Source: a virus
Lineage: Duplodnaviria; Caudoviricetes
Direction: 5' to 3' (one strand)
DNA length: 64,000 nucleotides
IMG/VR virus record: IMGVR_UViG_2799112443_000002
Span: 1,254 to 65,253 of that record
Of this stretch, positions 27,660 to 37,094 are shown piece after piece. The notes beneath the pieces are model-generated. The model saw nothing but the letters and a program-made list of their open reading frames with translations. It ran no database searches and was not told the origin of the DNA. A program made the translations under genes and the position numbers. Every line of letters starts with the position of its first letter. Position 1 is the stretch's first letter.

Positions 27660-30416
27660 CTAAAATGGTCTCCGAATGACCTCAACCTTTCCCCCACTCA
27701 TCGTCCGGATCATCTCAGATAACTGCGCTAGCCCATCCGGCGCGTCATCATGCGGCACCTTCCCAGACCGCGTATATGTACACAACTCCTTTATAAACGC
27801 CCCATACTCATCGCCTGGCTTGTACAGCGACCTATCTAGAAAGTAAAAATGTTTCAAAATAAAATCACTCTCTACCTCAATCCGCGTCGTCTTTCTCGCC
27901 AGGGACCGCTTCAGCCGGATGCTCGTCTTCCCGCCTTGCTTCTTCATCAGATCCTCAACGTCCCGGGCATAATACTCTCCGGCACTGTTGCTTTCAAACT
28001 GCGCAAGCCCAACCTTATGCTTCACAAGCTTCATCGCACACTCCGGCTTTGTGTGCTCAGGCGTCCCATTATTGAACACCACATCCGCAATCATCACCTC
28101 ATCCCCATAAACATACCCAATCGGCATGCTCACACTGTCACTGCCCTTTTCAGCTGTATCGCACGCCGCCATGATCGCATCAGGCGCTCTCTCCGGTAAC
28201 TGAAAAAACCGATTCAGCTGGTCCTCCGGAAACAGCCGCCCCTTCGATTCAAAAGGATGCTGCTGAAACTGGCTCTCCCACTGCATCTCCGTCACCAGTT
28301 CCCGCTCATGCTGATAATACGCACTCGTAAACATCTTCTTCCCATTCAACTCAATCTCAAAATTGCTCTTGTCATCCTCTCCCAACGCCGGAATCTCCAG
28401 TACCTTCGTCCGCCAACCCATCTCCGGCGCGACTTCCTGCAGCCTCCCTATCGGATCGTACAAACTGTACCTCGTACCCTGCGCTACAATCGGGCATCCT
28501 TCCAGCCGCCGGCCCAGGATGTCGCCGCGCACCTTGTCCCACAGGAAATCTAGCCGGTCCCGGTTCACCGCTTCTTCCTCATTCTTAACCGTATCATCCA
28601 GGTAAATCAGCCCGTCTGGCGTGGCTTCCGTAGATCCTGTGATCTGTCCGTCAATCGGCCTGCACGTTACCGTCGCAAACCGCTTCCGCTCCTTCAAGTT
28701 AAACGTCTTATCATCCGCGTTCGTACTTACCAGCTTCGCTTCCGGAAAAATATCATAGTACGCATACTTGTCCTTTTGCTGCAACACCTCCAGCATCCCC
28801 GCATAGAAACTCTTTACCAGCATATCACCAGCTCCAGAACATACCGACGACCCATTTGGCGCCTGCCCCGCACGAAACAATACAAACCACGTGCCAACCG
28901 TTGTATTGTGCGTCGGAATCATGCTGTCACCGATAATATATTGCTTTGACTCGTCCGCAACGGAAATGCACACCATCTCTTTATATTCGTCTGTTGGCTC
29001 AATTGAATCAATAAAATGATGCAGCTTCGTCATTTTTGAATTACAAGCTTTGGCTTTCCGATGAATATAGAACGGATTGATTGTGTTCAGAAATTTGCAG
29101 AATACCCTGAAATTTAAACGGGTTTCTTTTCTTTCTCCGTTAACTTTATAACTTCCAATCCGGCTTGTTATTCTGCATCTTCCGCCGAGACTCCTGACCA
29201 GGAAACAAACGTCTTTCGCAAGTTGTTCGGATGTAGTGGAATACTCGCACCCATTGCTGACCGCACTTCCATCCGAATCAAACAAACCACGCATTAATTC
29301 TATCCTGTCATCAATCGGCGCGTACAAATATTCTTTCGGAATATGCTTTTCGTATGCATATTTCTCCCACAGTCCGTATTTCACCAGTGCCTGTCCAGTA
29401 TATGACTTGACAGGATATCCGTGCTCGTCCGTTCTTTTCTCTTTGCTGGCAACGGCATAGTCGTACTTCCCAACGTTCTTTACAATGTCTGGCAGTTCAT
29501 GCGTAACACGGGAAACAATCAGTTCGTCACCCATTGAAATGCGGATGCTGCCACCTGTAAAGCCACCTTCCGCAATAAGTACGCCCATCGTGTATGGCTT
29601 GATTAAAAGTTCTCCGAACGGCTCAAACTGCACTGGCTGAACATAGTCAACAGAATAGTTCCTATGTCTGTCATGGCCCCTGTACATAGTGCCATTCAAC
29701 ATATCTTCCGTTGAAATTACACGATGCTTCCCGCTTGCACGGTCTTCTTCTGTTTGCACGGTCCACAAATGATCCTTGCAACACTCAACCGTTGTAAACT
29801 CGCGACACTTGCCCGTTTCACCAAACGTGACCTTGTACACCTGTTTCTTCCCCTGCGGGTATACGCCAGTCACAGTTGTGCTGTTTCCGCTAACAGATAT
29901 GACTTGATCACCTACAGACAGATCGCCTATCCGAACAAACCCGTTCGGAGTCAGCACTTTCGTGTCTACAGGCACAGCCTTCCCTGTCCGCTTCGGCTGG
30001 CTCACTGTCAGCAAGTCCAGTTTGCCATCCGATACCTCCTGAAACGCCTCCACAATCGGCCGCAATACCTTCCGCCTCGGAACGTAAAACTTGTCCGCTG
30101 GCTTTCTATTCCTCTCCAGGTACAGCATAAACGCATCAAAATCTACCGGCGCGTCCACCAGCAAACTCTTGTAATACGTGTCATTCAGTTCCTCTGCATC
30201 CTTTAGCTTCAGATTCTCAGCCCGCATCCTCGCAGAGATCCTTCTCCGCAACTCCTTGTTCACTTCTCGCAGTTCCGTCTTCCCACGCTGTATCCCGTCA
30301 TACACCACAGCAACAGCATCCATATACACCCTGGGATCGTCCGGATGCATCGCCAGATTCCGCTCTATCAGTTCACGCTCCGTCATGCTCTCATCACCCT
30401 TCTCCGCTGATTCCAT
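27660..30416 (-). CDS. terL: Terminase large subunit containing an intein
   Basis: Walker A QPKRTGK|T split by the intein; IYLDD Walker B; C-terminal nuclease with HDDAPD. Confidence 0.92.
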   Translation of the reverse strand: MESAEKGDESMTERELIERNLAMHPDDPRVYMDAVAVVYDGIQRGKTELREVNKELRRRISARMRAENLKLKDAEELNDTYYKSLLVDAPVDFDAFMLYLERNRKPADKFYVPRRKVLRPIVEAFQEVSDGKLDLLTVSQPKRTGKAVPVDTKVLTPNGFVRIGDLSVGDQVISVSGNSTTVTGVYPQGKKQVYKVTFGETGKCREFTTVECCKDHLWTVQTEEDRASGKHRVISTEDMLNGTMYRGHDRHRNYSVDYVQPVQFEPFGELLIKPYTMGVLIAEGGFTGGSIRISMGDELIVSRVTHELPDIVKNVGKYDYAVASKEKRTDEHGYPVKSYTGQALVKYGLWEKYAYEKHIPKEYLYAPIDDRIELMRGLFDSDGSAVSNGCEYSTTSEQLAKDVCFLVRSLGGRCRITSRIGSYKVNGERKETRLNFRVFCKFLNTINPFYIHRKAKACNSKMTKLHHFIDSIEPTDEYKEMVCISVADESKQYIIGDSMIPTHNTTVGTWFVLFRAGQAPNGSSVCSGAGDMLVKSFYAGMLEVLQQKDKYAYYDIFPEAKLVSTNADDKTFNLKERKRFATVTCRPIDGQITGSTEATPDGLIYLDDTVKNEEEAVNRDRLDFLWDKVRGDILGRRLEGCPIVAQGTRYSLYDPIGRLQEVAPEMGWRTKVLEIPALGEDDKSNFEIELNGKKMFTSAYYQHERELVTEMQWESQFQQHPFESKGRLFPEDQLNRFFQLPERAPDAIMAACDTAEKGSDSVSMPIGYVYGDEVMIADVVFNNGTPEHTKPECAMKLVKHKVGLAQFESNSAGEYYARDVEDLMKKQGGKTSIRLKRSLARKTTRIEVESDFILKHFYFLDRSLYKPGDEYGAFIKELCTYTRSGKVPHDDAPDGLAQLSEMIRTMSGGKVEVIRRPF
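28905..29978 (-). mobile_element. Class-3 (Ala1, W-C-T) intein with LAGLIDADG homing endonuclease, 358 aa
   Basis: Starts GK|AVPVDTKV; block B CKDHLW; block F MVCISV; block G IPTHN|T; LAGLIDADG-like GVLIAEG and GLFDSDG. Confidence 0.9.
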
Positions 30417-30622
30417 GCCTCCAGTGCTTCATCTGGATCATGACGCAGCCCGCCTTCAGCGCCACATCCGCCAGCGTCATAATCACAAATCACGCAATAC
30501 TGATCTCTGAATCCGTCCTGTCCGCCAATAACCCGCAGGTATGGATTATCATTTCCACAAAACGGACACTTCTTTGGGTGAAACTTTTCAACAACCCACT
30601 TGTTAAACTCCCTGCTAGTCAT
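30383..30622 (-). CDS. Lar-like restriction-alleviation zinc-finger protein
   Basis: KKCPFCG...C..CGA...AWNQR pattern; GGAGG RBS before ATG 30622. Confidence 0.7.
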   Translation of the reverse strand: MTSREFNKWVVEKFHPKKCPFCGNDNPYLRVIGGQDGFRDQYCVICDYDAGGCGAEGGLRHDPDEALEAWNQRRRVMRA

Positions 30623-30699
30623 ATTTTTCCTCCCCAATAAAAAACGGGAACAAGCCTTCCGGCTCATCCCCGCAATACTGCGTCTCGTTACTTCTCGAC

Positions 30700-31146
30700 T
30701 TATTCCGCACTCAACGTGACATCCACTAACGACATCAGCAGCTCTAGAAACTCTTCTCTCGTCTTCTTCCCTTCCGTCCAGTCCTTAAAACTGTTCCCTA
30801 ACGTCTCATAGATCAGCAACGAGCCCCTTTCACTTTCTCCAATAGATCCCTTATCAACAATAACTGCTCCGCCAGCCGCCATCTTCGCTTTGTATACTTT
30901 CGCTGCATACAGTACATCCTGCAACGCCATGTCAGTCTTGCAGATCGTGTACGTCAAATAAATATAATCATCGTCAAATTTCTCCGGCGAAAAACTGTAT
31001 ACCGTCTTCAAACCTTCCAGACTGCTCTTGCAATACTCATGAATAGTACTAAATCCTTCATCCATGCTCTCCCCGTATGCGCAAACCACCGAGCACATCA
31101 ACACAATCACTAACAGAATCCCTACAAACCTACGCAATCCATTCAT
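30700..31146 (-). CDS. Secreted/membrane-anchored hypothetical protein
   Basis: N-terminal signal-like hydrophobic segment. Confidence 0.6.
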   Translation of the reverse strand: MNGLRRFVGILLVIVLMCSVVCAYGESMDEGFSTIHEYCKSSLEGLKTVYSFSPEKFDDDYIYLTYTICKTDMALQDVLYAAKVYKAKMAAGGAVIVDKGSIGESERGSLLIYETLGNSFKDWTEGKKTREEFLELLMSLVDVTLSAE

Positions 31147-31157
31147 CTCCTCTCTAC

Positions 31158-31343
31158 TCAGTTCTTCAGTGTCTTCTCCATCCCCGCCTGAACTTCTCTG
31201 ATCCGCCGGTCACACGCATCCCTGCATATCCGCAAGATCTCAACCATGTCCTCCCGCCGCAATACGTCCTGCATTACCGCATCCGCAACACTCCTGACAA
31301 GTAAATCCTTCTCGCCTTGGGTTAATGGTCCTGTTCCATTCAT
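31158..31343 (-). CDS. Hypothetical protein
   Basis: ORF track; co-directional, fills the gap. Confidence 0.5.
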   Translation of the reverse strand: MNGTGPLTQGEKDLLVRSVADAVMQDVLRREDMVEILRICRDACDRRIREVQAGMEKTLKN

Positions 31344-31359
31344 ATCAGTTATAACCTCA

Positions 31360-32484
31360 TTACTCGTATTTTATTGTGTCCTTGCCATAAATTGCATTCA
31401 CATCATCAAACACCTTCTTCATCCCTAATCCTTTTTTAGATGGAACCCAAATCTTTTTCGGATTCCAGTTCTTCCACTCTCCGTCATACTCTGGCGCAAA
31501 AGGATCATAAGATGGATTATCGATCCATTCTCCGCCATACATCAAATACTCATATTGTCTTGGATGAGTCTTCGCAAGATTCTTGAACTTTTCACCGCCA
31601 TTCCTTAAATGCGCACCAAATCCACAAAATATGCATCCGGTTCTTTCACACCCAGTGCATTTCATTTTGCATTTTACTCCAGGCATTGGAGCATGCTCCA
31701 TTCCATCTTCATCAACACAAACTATTTCGCCATAAACACTCGCTATTTCAATGTCGTTTTCAACAATATACATCAAAACATCCTGCTCTGTCCAGAAACT
31801 CATTGGCTGGCTGCTCTTGTGCTTACCTTCAAACACATTACATCCGCCTCGTATCCAGGCTTGCTCTCTTAACTTGCTCTCTTCCGCCAATGTCCCAACA
31901 TACGCCTGTGTCCCTTTCGCCTTCTTATACGCTGCAAATGGATACTTTTTCATCTCGTAACAGCATTTATTAGATATTTGAAACCCAGTCTCCATACATA
32001 AGGCCAACCACTTTGTCTTGTTATATGCACTCCTGCGCTCTTCTTTCCCAAGTAGTTCAGATCTCTTTCTGTCAATCCACGAAACTTTTGAACCTTTCTT
32101 CTCCTTCTGCTTTGTACTTCCGTTTCTTATCCTCCTGGCAACACTTATTGCCTCGGATACTTCCTTGCTTATAATCGGATATCCATATGTCCTTATCACT
32201 TCTGGAAACATTATTTTCGGAGATATAATTTCTGCTCCATTCTTTTCAGCAAATTGCCTAATCTCTGGATATTCAAGACCAGTATTGCTAAATACAATCG
32301 GAACATCCGGATAATACTCATGTACTAAATGCGCAAGAACAGTGCTATCCTTACCTCCACTGAAACTAATAAACACTTCTCCATCCCAGTGATTATACCA
32401 TTCCCTGATCCGGGCTTGGCTCATGCTTACCTTCGCCTTCAAAGGCAATGCTTGATATTGCTTTAATACGTATCTTTCAGGCAT
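31360..32484 (-). CDS. Phosphoadenosine phosphosulfate (PAPS) reductase-family protein
   Basis: ISFSGGKDS PP-loop, SNTGLEYPE, KCC and RTGCIFCGF motifs. Confidence 0.85.
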   Translation of the reverse strand: MPERYVLKQYQALPLKAKVSMSQARIREWYNHWDGEVFISFSGGKDSTVLAHLVHEYYPDVPIVFSNTGLEYPEIRQFAEKNGAEIISPKIMFPEVIRTYGYPIISKEVSEAISVARRIRNGSTKQKEKKGSKVSWIDRKRSELLGKEERRSAYNKTKWLALCMETGFQISNKCCYEMKKYPFAAYKKAKGTQAYVGTLAEESKLREQAWIRGGCNVFEGKHKSSQPMSFWTEQDVLMYIVENDIEIASVYGEIVCVDEDGMEHAPMPGVKCKMKCTGCERTGCIFCGFGAHLRNGGEKFKNLAKTHPRQYEYLMYGGEWIDNPSYDPFAPEYDGEWKNWNPKKIWVPSKKGLGMKKVFDDVNAIYGKDTIKYE

Positions 32485-32597
32485 TTTCCCTCTCCATTTA
32501 TGTTTTTATTATCACGCTTTGTGTTATTAATGTGTTCACAAAAACGCCTTTTTTATTTTTTCGCGATTTTTTAAAATTCACATTTTATGTATGCCTT

Positions 32598-32936
32598 TTA
32601 TTGCTTCGTCGCTATTTTTGCTAGCTCTTCCGCTACAATCGCCCTGATCGCATTCGATACGTCAGGATCAACTTTTATATTCTCCGCTTGCACTCCTTCC
32701 TTCCCGTCAATGACATACTCCGAGCCCTTCCCGTTTCCTTTCCTAACAACTAACTCGTACCCGCATGCATTCAGAATCATTAGCAAACTGTCAACCCTCA
32801 TGCTCTTGCTCTTCAAAAACATGCCAATAGAACTCTGTCCGACACCGCACTTATTCGCGACGTCCGTTTGCGTCATCCCAGCATCCTTCATAACCTTCTT
32901 GGCAACCTCTTGTACAGTCATTTCATCTATCTCCAA
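32598..32936 (-). CDS. XRE-family HTH regulator
   Basis: MTQTDVANKCGVGQSSIGMFL helix-turn-helix. Confidence 0.75.
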   Translation of the reverse strand: MEIDEMTVQEVAKKVMKDAGMTQTDVANKCGVGQSSIGMFLKSKSMRVDSLLMILNACGYELVVRKGNGKGSEYVIDGKEGVQAENIKVDPDVSNAIRAIVAEELAKIATKQ

Positions 32937-33140
32937 TCGTTATCATGTTTTCTAGATAATAACACACGTTTTGTTGATTGTAAAGCTTTTTTTATTTTTT
33001 CGGGGCGGATGGGGGTAACGCGGCAAAATCGGCCAGGCTGATTTTCCCCCGGGCCCCCTTCGGCCGCAGCCATGGCCGAAAACTATACCCGGGACAATTT
33101 TGTCCCGGGTATTTTCCCGGATCTGGAACAAAAAACAACA

Positions 33141-33540
33141 GGCAGGCAGCAGGCAGGAGGCGGCAGGAGGCAGGCAGCAGGCAGGCAGGAGGCGGCAGGA
33201 GGCAGGCAGGAGGCGGCAGGAGGCAGCAGGAGGCAGCAGGAGGCAGCAGCAGGCAGCAGCAGACAGCAGCAGGCGGCAGGAGGCAGCTGCAGGCAGCAGC
33301 AGGCAGCAGCAGGCAGCAGCAGGCAGCAGCAGGCAGCAGGAGGCAGCAGGAGGCAGCTGCAGGCAGCAGCAGGCAGCAGTAGGCAGCAGCAGGCGGCAGG
33401 AGGCAGCTGCAGGCAGCAGCAGGCAGCAGCAGGCAGCAGCAGGCAGCAGGAGGCAGCAGGAGGCAGCAGGAGGCAGCTGCAGGCAGCAGCAGGCAGCAGT
33501 AGGCAGCAGCAGGCGGCAGGAGGCAGCTGGAGGCAGCAAA
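33141..33540 (+). repeat. Decamer satellite (AGGCRGCWGS)n with 120-bp higher-order repeat
   Basis: 32 in-register decamers 33221-33540; more degenerate GGCAGG-rich copies 33141-33220. Confidence 0.95.
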
Positions 33541-33655
33541 AAAGAATATTTTTTTGATAAAAAATCAAAATTATTTTTCCCGTTTTCATCGAAAAACGGC
33601 TGGAAGCGTTGATTTTACTGCGTTTTAACCATTTTAAAAAATATCAAATAAACTG

Positions 33656-33684
33656 TTGACATTATCAATAAAACATGATAGACT
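33656..33684 (+). promoter_or_regulatory. Strong sigmaA promoter for the + strand island
   Basis: TTGACA - 17 bp - TAGACT with extended TG; AT-rich upstream element. Confidence 0.8.
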
Positions 33685-34044
33685 ATAACCGTCGAAAGGA
33701 ACACAGCAAGCCGAGCCGGTTAACCCGGCGGGCGGGGGGGAAGCCCCCGCGAGCGTACCTTGAAAATTGAACAGCAAACGCGGGAAAGTGTACAGGGCCC
33801 GGCGCGTTTAGAGTCGACGCGCATAAACGGGAGCCGCGACACAGGCCGGATCATAGGCCCTATGCAGGGCCGGCGGGCATTCTTGCCCTGCTGATGTAAC
33901 AATCTCGAACGACTGTACAAACGCCGCGAAAATCCTGCTTTTTTCCTCCGCCTGCCATGCTCTGCATGGCAGGCGTCCCGGGAATATGCGCAGCATGGAT
34001 CCGGGACGCCTGCCAAGGGCGAACAATGAAAGGTGGATAAGAAA

Positions 34045-34737
34045 ATGAAGCATTCAGTTGAAAGCATCAAAAAGGCCATGGACAACCTGAAAACAGCGAT
34101 TGATAAGTACATGAAGACGCAATACACGGAATTGAGATTGCATATATCCGCCGGAAATAAAAAGATCGGCCGCGTATACAATTTCAGCATGGCGCCCGGA
34201 ATCACTTGCCCTAACTGTGCAGGTTGTCTCCCGTATTGTTACGACGTGAAGGCTGTTCTTCAGTATAAGAACGTCGTAAACGCGCGGGCGGAAAATACTG
34301 CCATGATGTTCATGAACATGGACGACACGTTTGCACAGATTGACGCCTTTATCACGCACACACACCGCAGGAACAAGTTTTTCAGGTGGCACGTGTCCGG
34401 CGACATTATCAATTATGAGTACCTTTGCAATATGGTATGGATCGCAAAAAGGCATCCAGACTGGACATTCTGGACGTACACAAAAGCGTATACCATCGTC
34501 AACCGGTTCATGGAAATCAATGGCGCGGATGCAATCCCGGCGAACCTGTCAATCATGTTTAGCGTATGGAATGGCATGGACTGCCCGAACCCGTTCCAGA
34601 TGCCCACTTTTACATGCATTCAGGAAGGCATGGAACCCGCTCCTGGTGAATGGAAATGCCCCGGGAATTGTGATATCTGCCTCCGCTCCGGCCATGGCTG
34701 CCCGTTCCGTGAATCTGCTCACGTGAATGAGCACTGA
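34045..34737 (+). CDS. GP88-like protein (radical-SAM-like Cys cluster)
   Basis: GNKKIG...TCPNCAGCLPYCY...FRWHVSGD...WTYTK motifs. Confidence 0.7.
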   Translation: MKHSVESIKKAMDNLKTAIDKYMKTQYTELRLHISAGNKKIGRVYNFSMAPGITCPNCAGCLPYCYDVKAVLQYKNVVNARAENTAMMFMNMDDTFAQIDAFITHTHRRNKFFRWHVSGDIINYEYLCNMVWIAKRHPDWTFWTYTKAYTIVNRFMEINGADAIPANLSIMFSVWNGMDCPNPFQMPTFTCIQEGMEPAPGEWKCPGNCDICLRSGHGCPFRESAHVNEH

Positions 34738-34833
34738 CCCGCTCCGGCCGCTCCGGCGGCCGCTCCGGCTCTGCACCCGCTCCGGCGGATGCAGACCCGG
34801 GGCCCGACCCCGAAAATAAAGGAGGAAAAAAAC

Positions 34834-35106
34834 ATGGAAAACCGCGAGATGATCGAAAAAATCAGCGAGCTTCAGGAGCTGAAGCGCATGCGCGACGACC
34901 TAGATGCAGCTATTGAATCCGCTTCGGATGCAATCAAAGCCGCAATGGGCGCCACTGAATCCGCCGTATACGGACCGTACAAGGTCACCTATAGGGAAGT
35001 GACCAGCACCCGCCTGGATACAACCGGAATCAAGAAGGCTTTCCCGGCGGAGGCTCTCGCTCCGTACCTGAAGACCAGTACCAGCCGCCCACTGAAGATC
35101 ACCTAA
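34834..35106 (+). CDS. Hypothetical protein (coiled-coil N-terminus)
   Basis: AAAGGAGG RBS before ATG 34834. Confidence 0.7.
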   Translation: MENREMIEKISELQELKRMRDDLDAAIESASDAIKAAMGATESAVYGPYKVTYREVTSTRLDTTGIKKAFPAEALAPYLKTSTSRPLKIT

Positions 35107-35204
35107 CAGGACCAGCCCGCTCCGGCGGGCCTCCTGACCTGCACCCGCTCCGGCGGATGTAGGTCAGGGGCTACGGCCCCAACAAAAAGCAGGAGGACAG
35201 AACA

Positions 35205-35375
35205 ATGGAAGATTGGACCTATGAGGACCGTCTGAGCTTCACCGACGCGCTCCGGTTCCTTCCGGTGGATGAGATCGCAGACAATGCGGAACTGTCCCGG
35301 CTGGACGAACGCGCAGAAGTGTACGCAACGCTGCAGGATGCCGGCATGCTCCGGTACCGGCTGCAGATTGCCTGA
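35205..35375 (+). CDS. Hypothetical protein (56 aa, not in the track)
   Basis: AGGAGG RBS; MEDWTYEDRLSF...RLQIA*; stop overlaps the next repeat element. Confidence 0.6.
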   Translation: MEDWTYEDRLSFTDALRFLPVDEIADNAELSRLDERAEVYATLQDAGMLRYRLQIA

Positions 35376-35449
35376 CATTGACAGACAGCACCCGGACCCG
35401 CTCCGGATGCTGTAGTCAGGGCCAGGCCCTGAAGAAGGAGGAAAAAAGA

Positions 35450-35782
35450 ATGAGAGCACCAATCAAAGATCTCCCGCTCTCTGGGATTGTAAGAGTGTTC
35501 GACACTATATCAGAAACCGTTATGTATTCCGGAACAGAGGATCTAATCTCGCTCAAGATCGGCCTCCAGATCCCGAAATTGATATATAGCGTGAATGATA
35601 TCACATATATCGATATCGAGTATCAAAAAGTGTACTACGATGCAGAGGCTGAATGGTACTACTATGAAAGCTTCTTCCGCTCAATCTATGACGAAGAAAC
35701 AGAAGAATACCGGTCTTCTCAAACATTCGAACAATTCATGCAATACCAACTAAAATGCGAACCAATCTGGGAAATAACCTGA
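35450..35782 (+). CDS. Hypothetical acidic Tyr-rich protein
   Basis: AAGGAGG RBS before ATG 35450. Confidence 0.65.
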   Translation: MRAPIKDLPLSGIVRVFDTISETVMYSGTEDLISLKIGLQIPKLIYSVNDITYIDIEYQKVYYDAEAEWYYYESFFRSIYDEETEEYRSSQTFEQFMQYQLKCEPIWEIT

Positions 35783-35854
35783 CCTCGACACACGGGACCC
35801 GCTCTGGCGGATCTCGCAGTCGGTGCCAGGCACCGAAAAAAGCAGGAATAGGTG

Positions 35855-35883
35855 TTGACAGATATCACAATACGTGATATCCT
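35855..35883 (+). promoter_or_regulatory. sigmaA promoter with palindromic operator GATATCAC-N5-GTGATATC
   Basis: TTGACA 35855-35860, 17 bp, TGaTATCCT; the palindrome 35861-35881 fills the spacer and overlaps -10. Confidence 0.75.
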
Positions 35884-35928
35884 ATCCTTGTGATAGGTGC
35901 CTACCTATTCCAAGAAGGAGGGAAAAAC

Positions 35929-36681
35929 ATGTTTCGTTCGGTTCCGAAAGCTTACCGGACGCCTGCAGGAAAGTTCTACAGGCCATTCCTGAGACTGGCT
36001 GATCGGCCGCACCTGCTGATCGCAGGGGCCACCGGCTCCGGGAAATCCGTAGCATTGAACGGGATTATCCACTCGCTCCTGATGACGAAGGCCCCGTCCG
36101 AATGCCGGTTCGTCCTGATCGACCCCAAGAAGGTCGAGCTTGTCCAGTACGCAGACGTTCCTCACACCGTCCGGTACGCATCCGAGCACGCCGAGATCGT
36201 CGATGCTCTGAACTGGGCCGCGCAGGAAACTGACCGCAGGTTCGCCCTGATGCAGAAGAACAGGATCAGAGAGTACAACGGATCGCATATCTACGTCATC
36301 ATCGACGAGCTCGCTGATCTGATGGTTTCGCTGAAGAAGCAGACACTCCCCAACCTCCAACATCTCGCCCAGGTTGGCCGAGCCGCTCGTGTCCATGTGA
36401 TCGCATGCAGCCAGAACATCCTGGCCGAAACGATCCCGACCCCGCTCAAGTGCAACTTCTCCACGATCCTGGGCCTCCGCACAGCGAACGCGCAGCAATC
36501 CAGATTCCTGATCTCAGCGACCGGATGCGAGCAACTCCCTGATCCGAAGCGTGAAGGCGTCGGTTACGGATACCTTCGCGACGGAGCCGATCTCGAGCGG
36601 CTGCTGATCTACAAGTACCCGAGCAGCGAGATCGACAGAGCGATTGACTGGTGGACATCCTCCGCCTGCATCGCCGGCTAA
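35929..36681 (+). CDS. FtsK/SpoIIIE-family ATPase (single motor domain)
   Basis: IAGATGSGKS Walker A, IDPKKVEL, IIDELADL Walker B, GRAA. Confidence 0.9.
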   Translation: MFRSVPKAYRTPAGKFYRPFLRLADRPHLLIAGATGSGKSVALNGIIHSLLMTKAPSECRFVLIDPKKVELVQYADVPHTVRYASEHAEIVDALNWAAQETDRRFALMQKNRIREYNGSHIYVIIDELADLMVSLKKQTLPNLQHLAQVGRAARVHVIACSQNILAETIPTPLKCNFSTILGLRTANAQQSRFLISATGCEQLPDPKREGVGYGYLRDGADLERLLIYKYPSSEIDRAIDWWTSSACIAG

Positions 36682-36760
36682 CCCAAGTGACATTGACAGA
36701 CGGCACCCGGTCATCACGGATGCCGTAGTCAGTGCCATCGCACTGAAGAAGGAGGAAAAT

Positions 36761-37024
36761 ATGAGCAAGACAACCTACACCGACCTGTTCGAAGACGAGG
36801 TGGCGGAGGTTCTCCGGGATGCAACCCGCTCCGGTGGAATCATCCTGGAAGGCTGCAACGAATGGTATCCGGCCCATATGATCAATGAGGACGGGATCTA
36901 CTCCTCCGGTTCCGGGATGTTCACACAGTACATCAACGGGACAAGATGCGGATACGTCAGCGCAAGCTACCTCATCAGCCTGCTGGCCCACAAGCCATTC
37001 ACGGTCGTAGCAAACCGTTCCTGA
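36761..37024 (+). CDS. Hypothetical protein
   Basis: AAGGAGG RBS after a repeat element. Confidence 0.65.
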   Translation: MSKTTYTDLFEDEVAEVLRDATRSGGIILEGCNEWYPAHMINEDGIYSSGSGMFTQYINGTRCGYVSASYLISLLAHKPFTVVANRS

Positions 37025-37094
37025 CCCTGACACTCGGTACCTCCGCCGGAGATCCCGCAGTCAGCGCCAGACGCTGAAAAAAGGAGGAAAAAAC

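Noticed and set aside
32952-33612. Four long ORFs over the decamer satellite
   Set aside because: Stop-free by repeat composition; no RBS; both strands open.
35372-36700. TTGACA inside repeat copies at ~35378 and ~36693 as -35 boxes
   Set aside because: No -10 at 16-18 bp; the motif covaries to TTGGCA in other copies as part of a stem.
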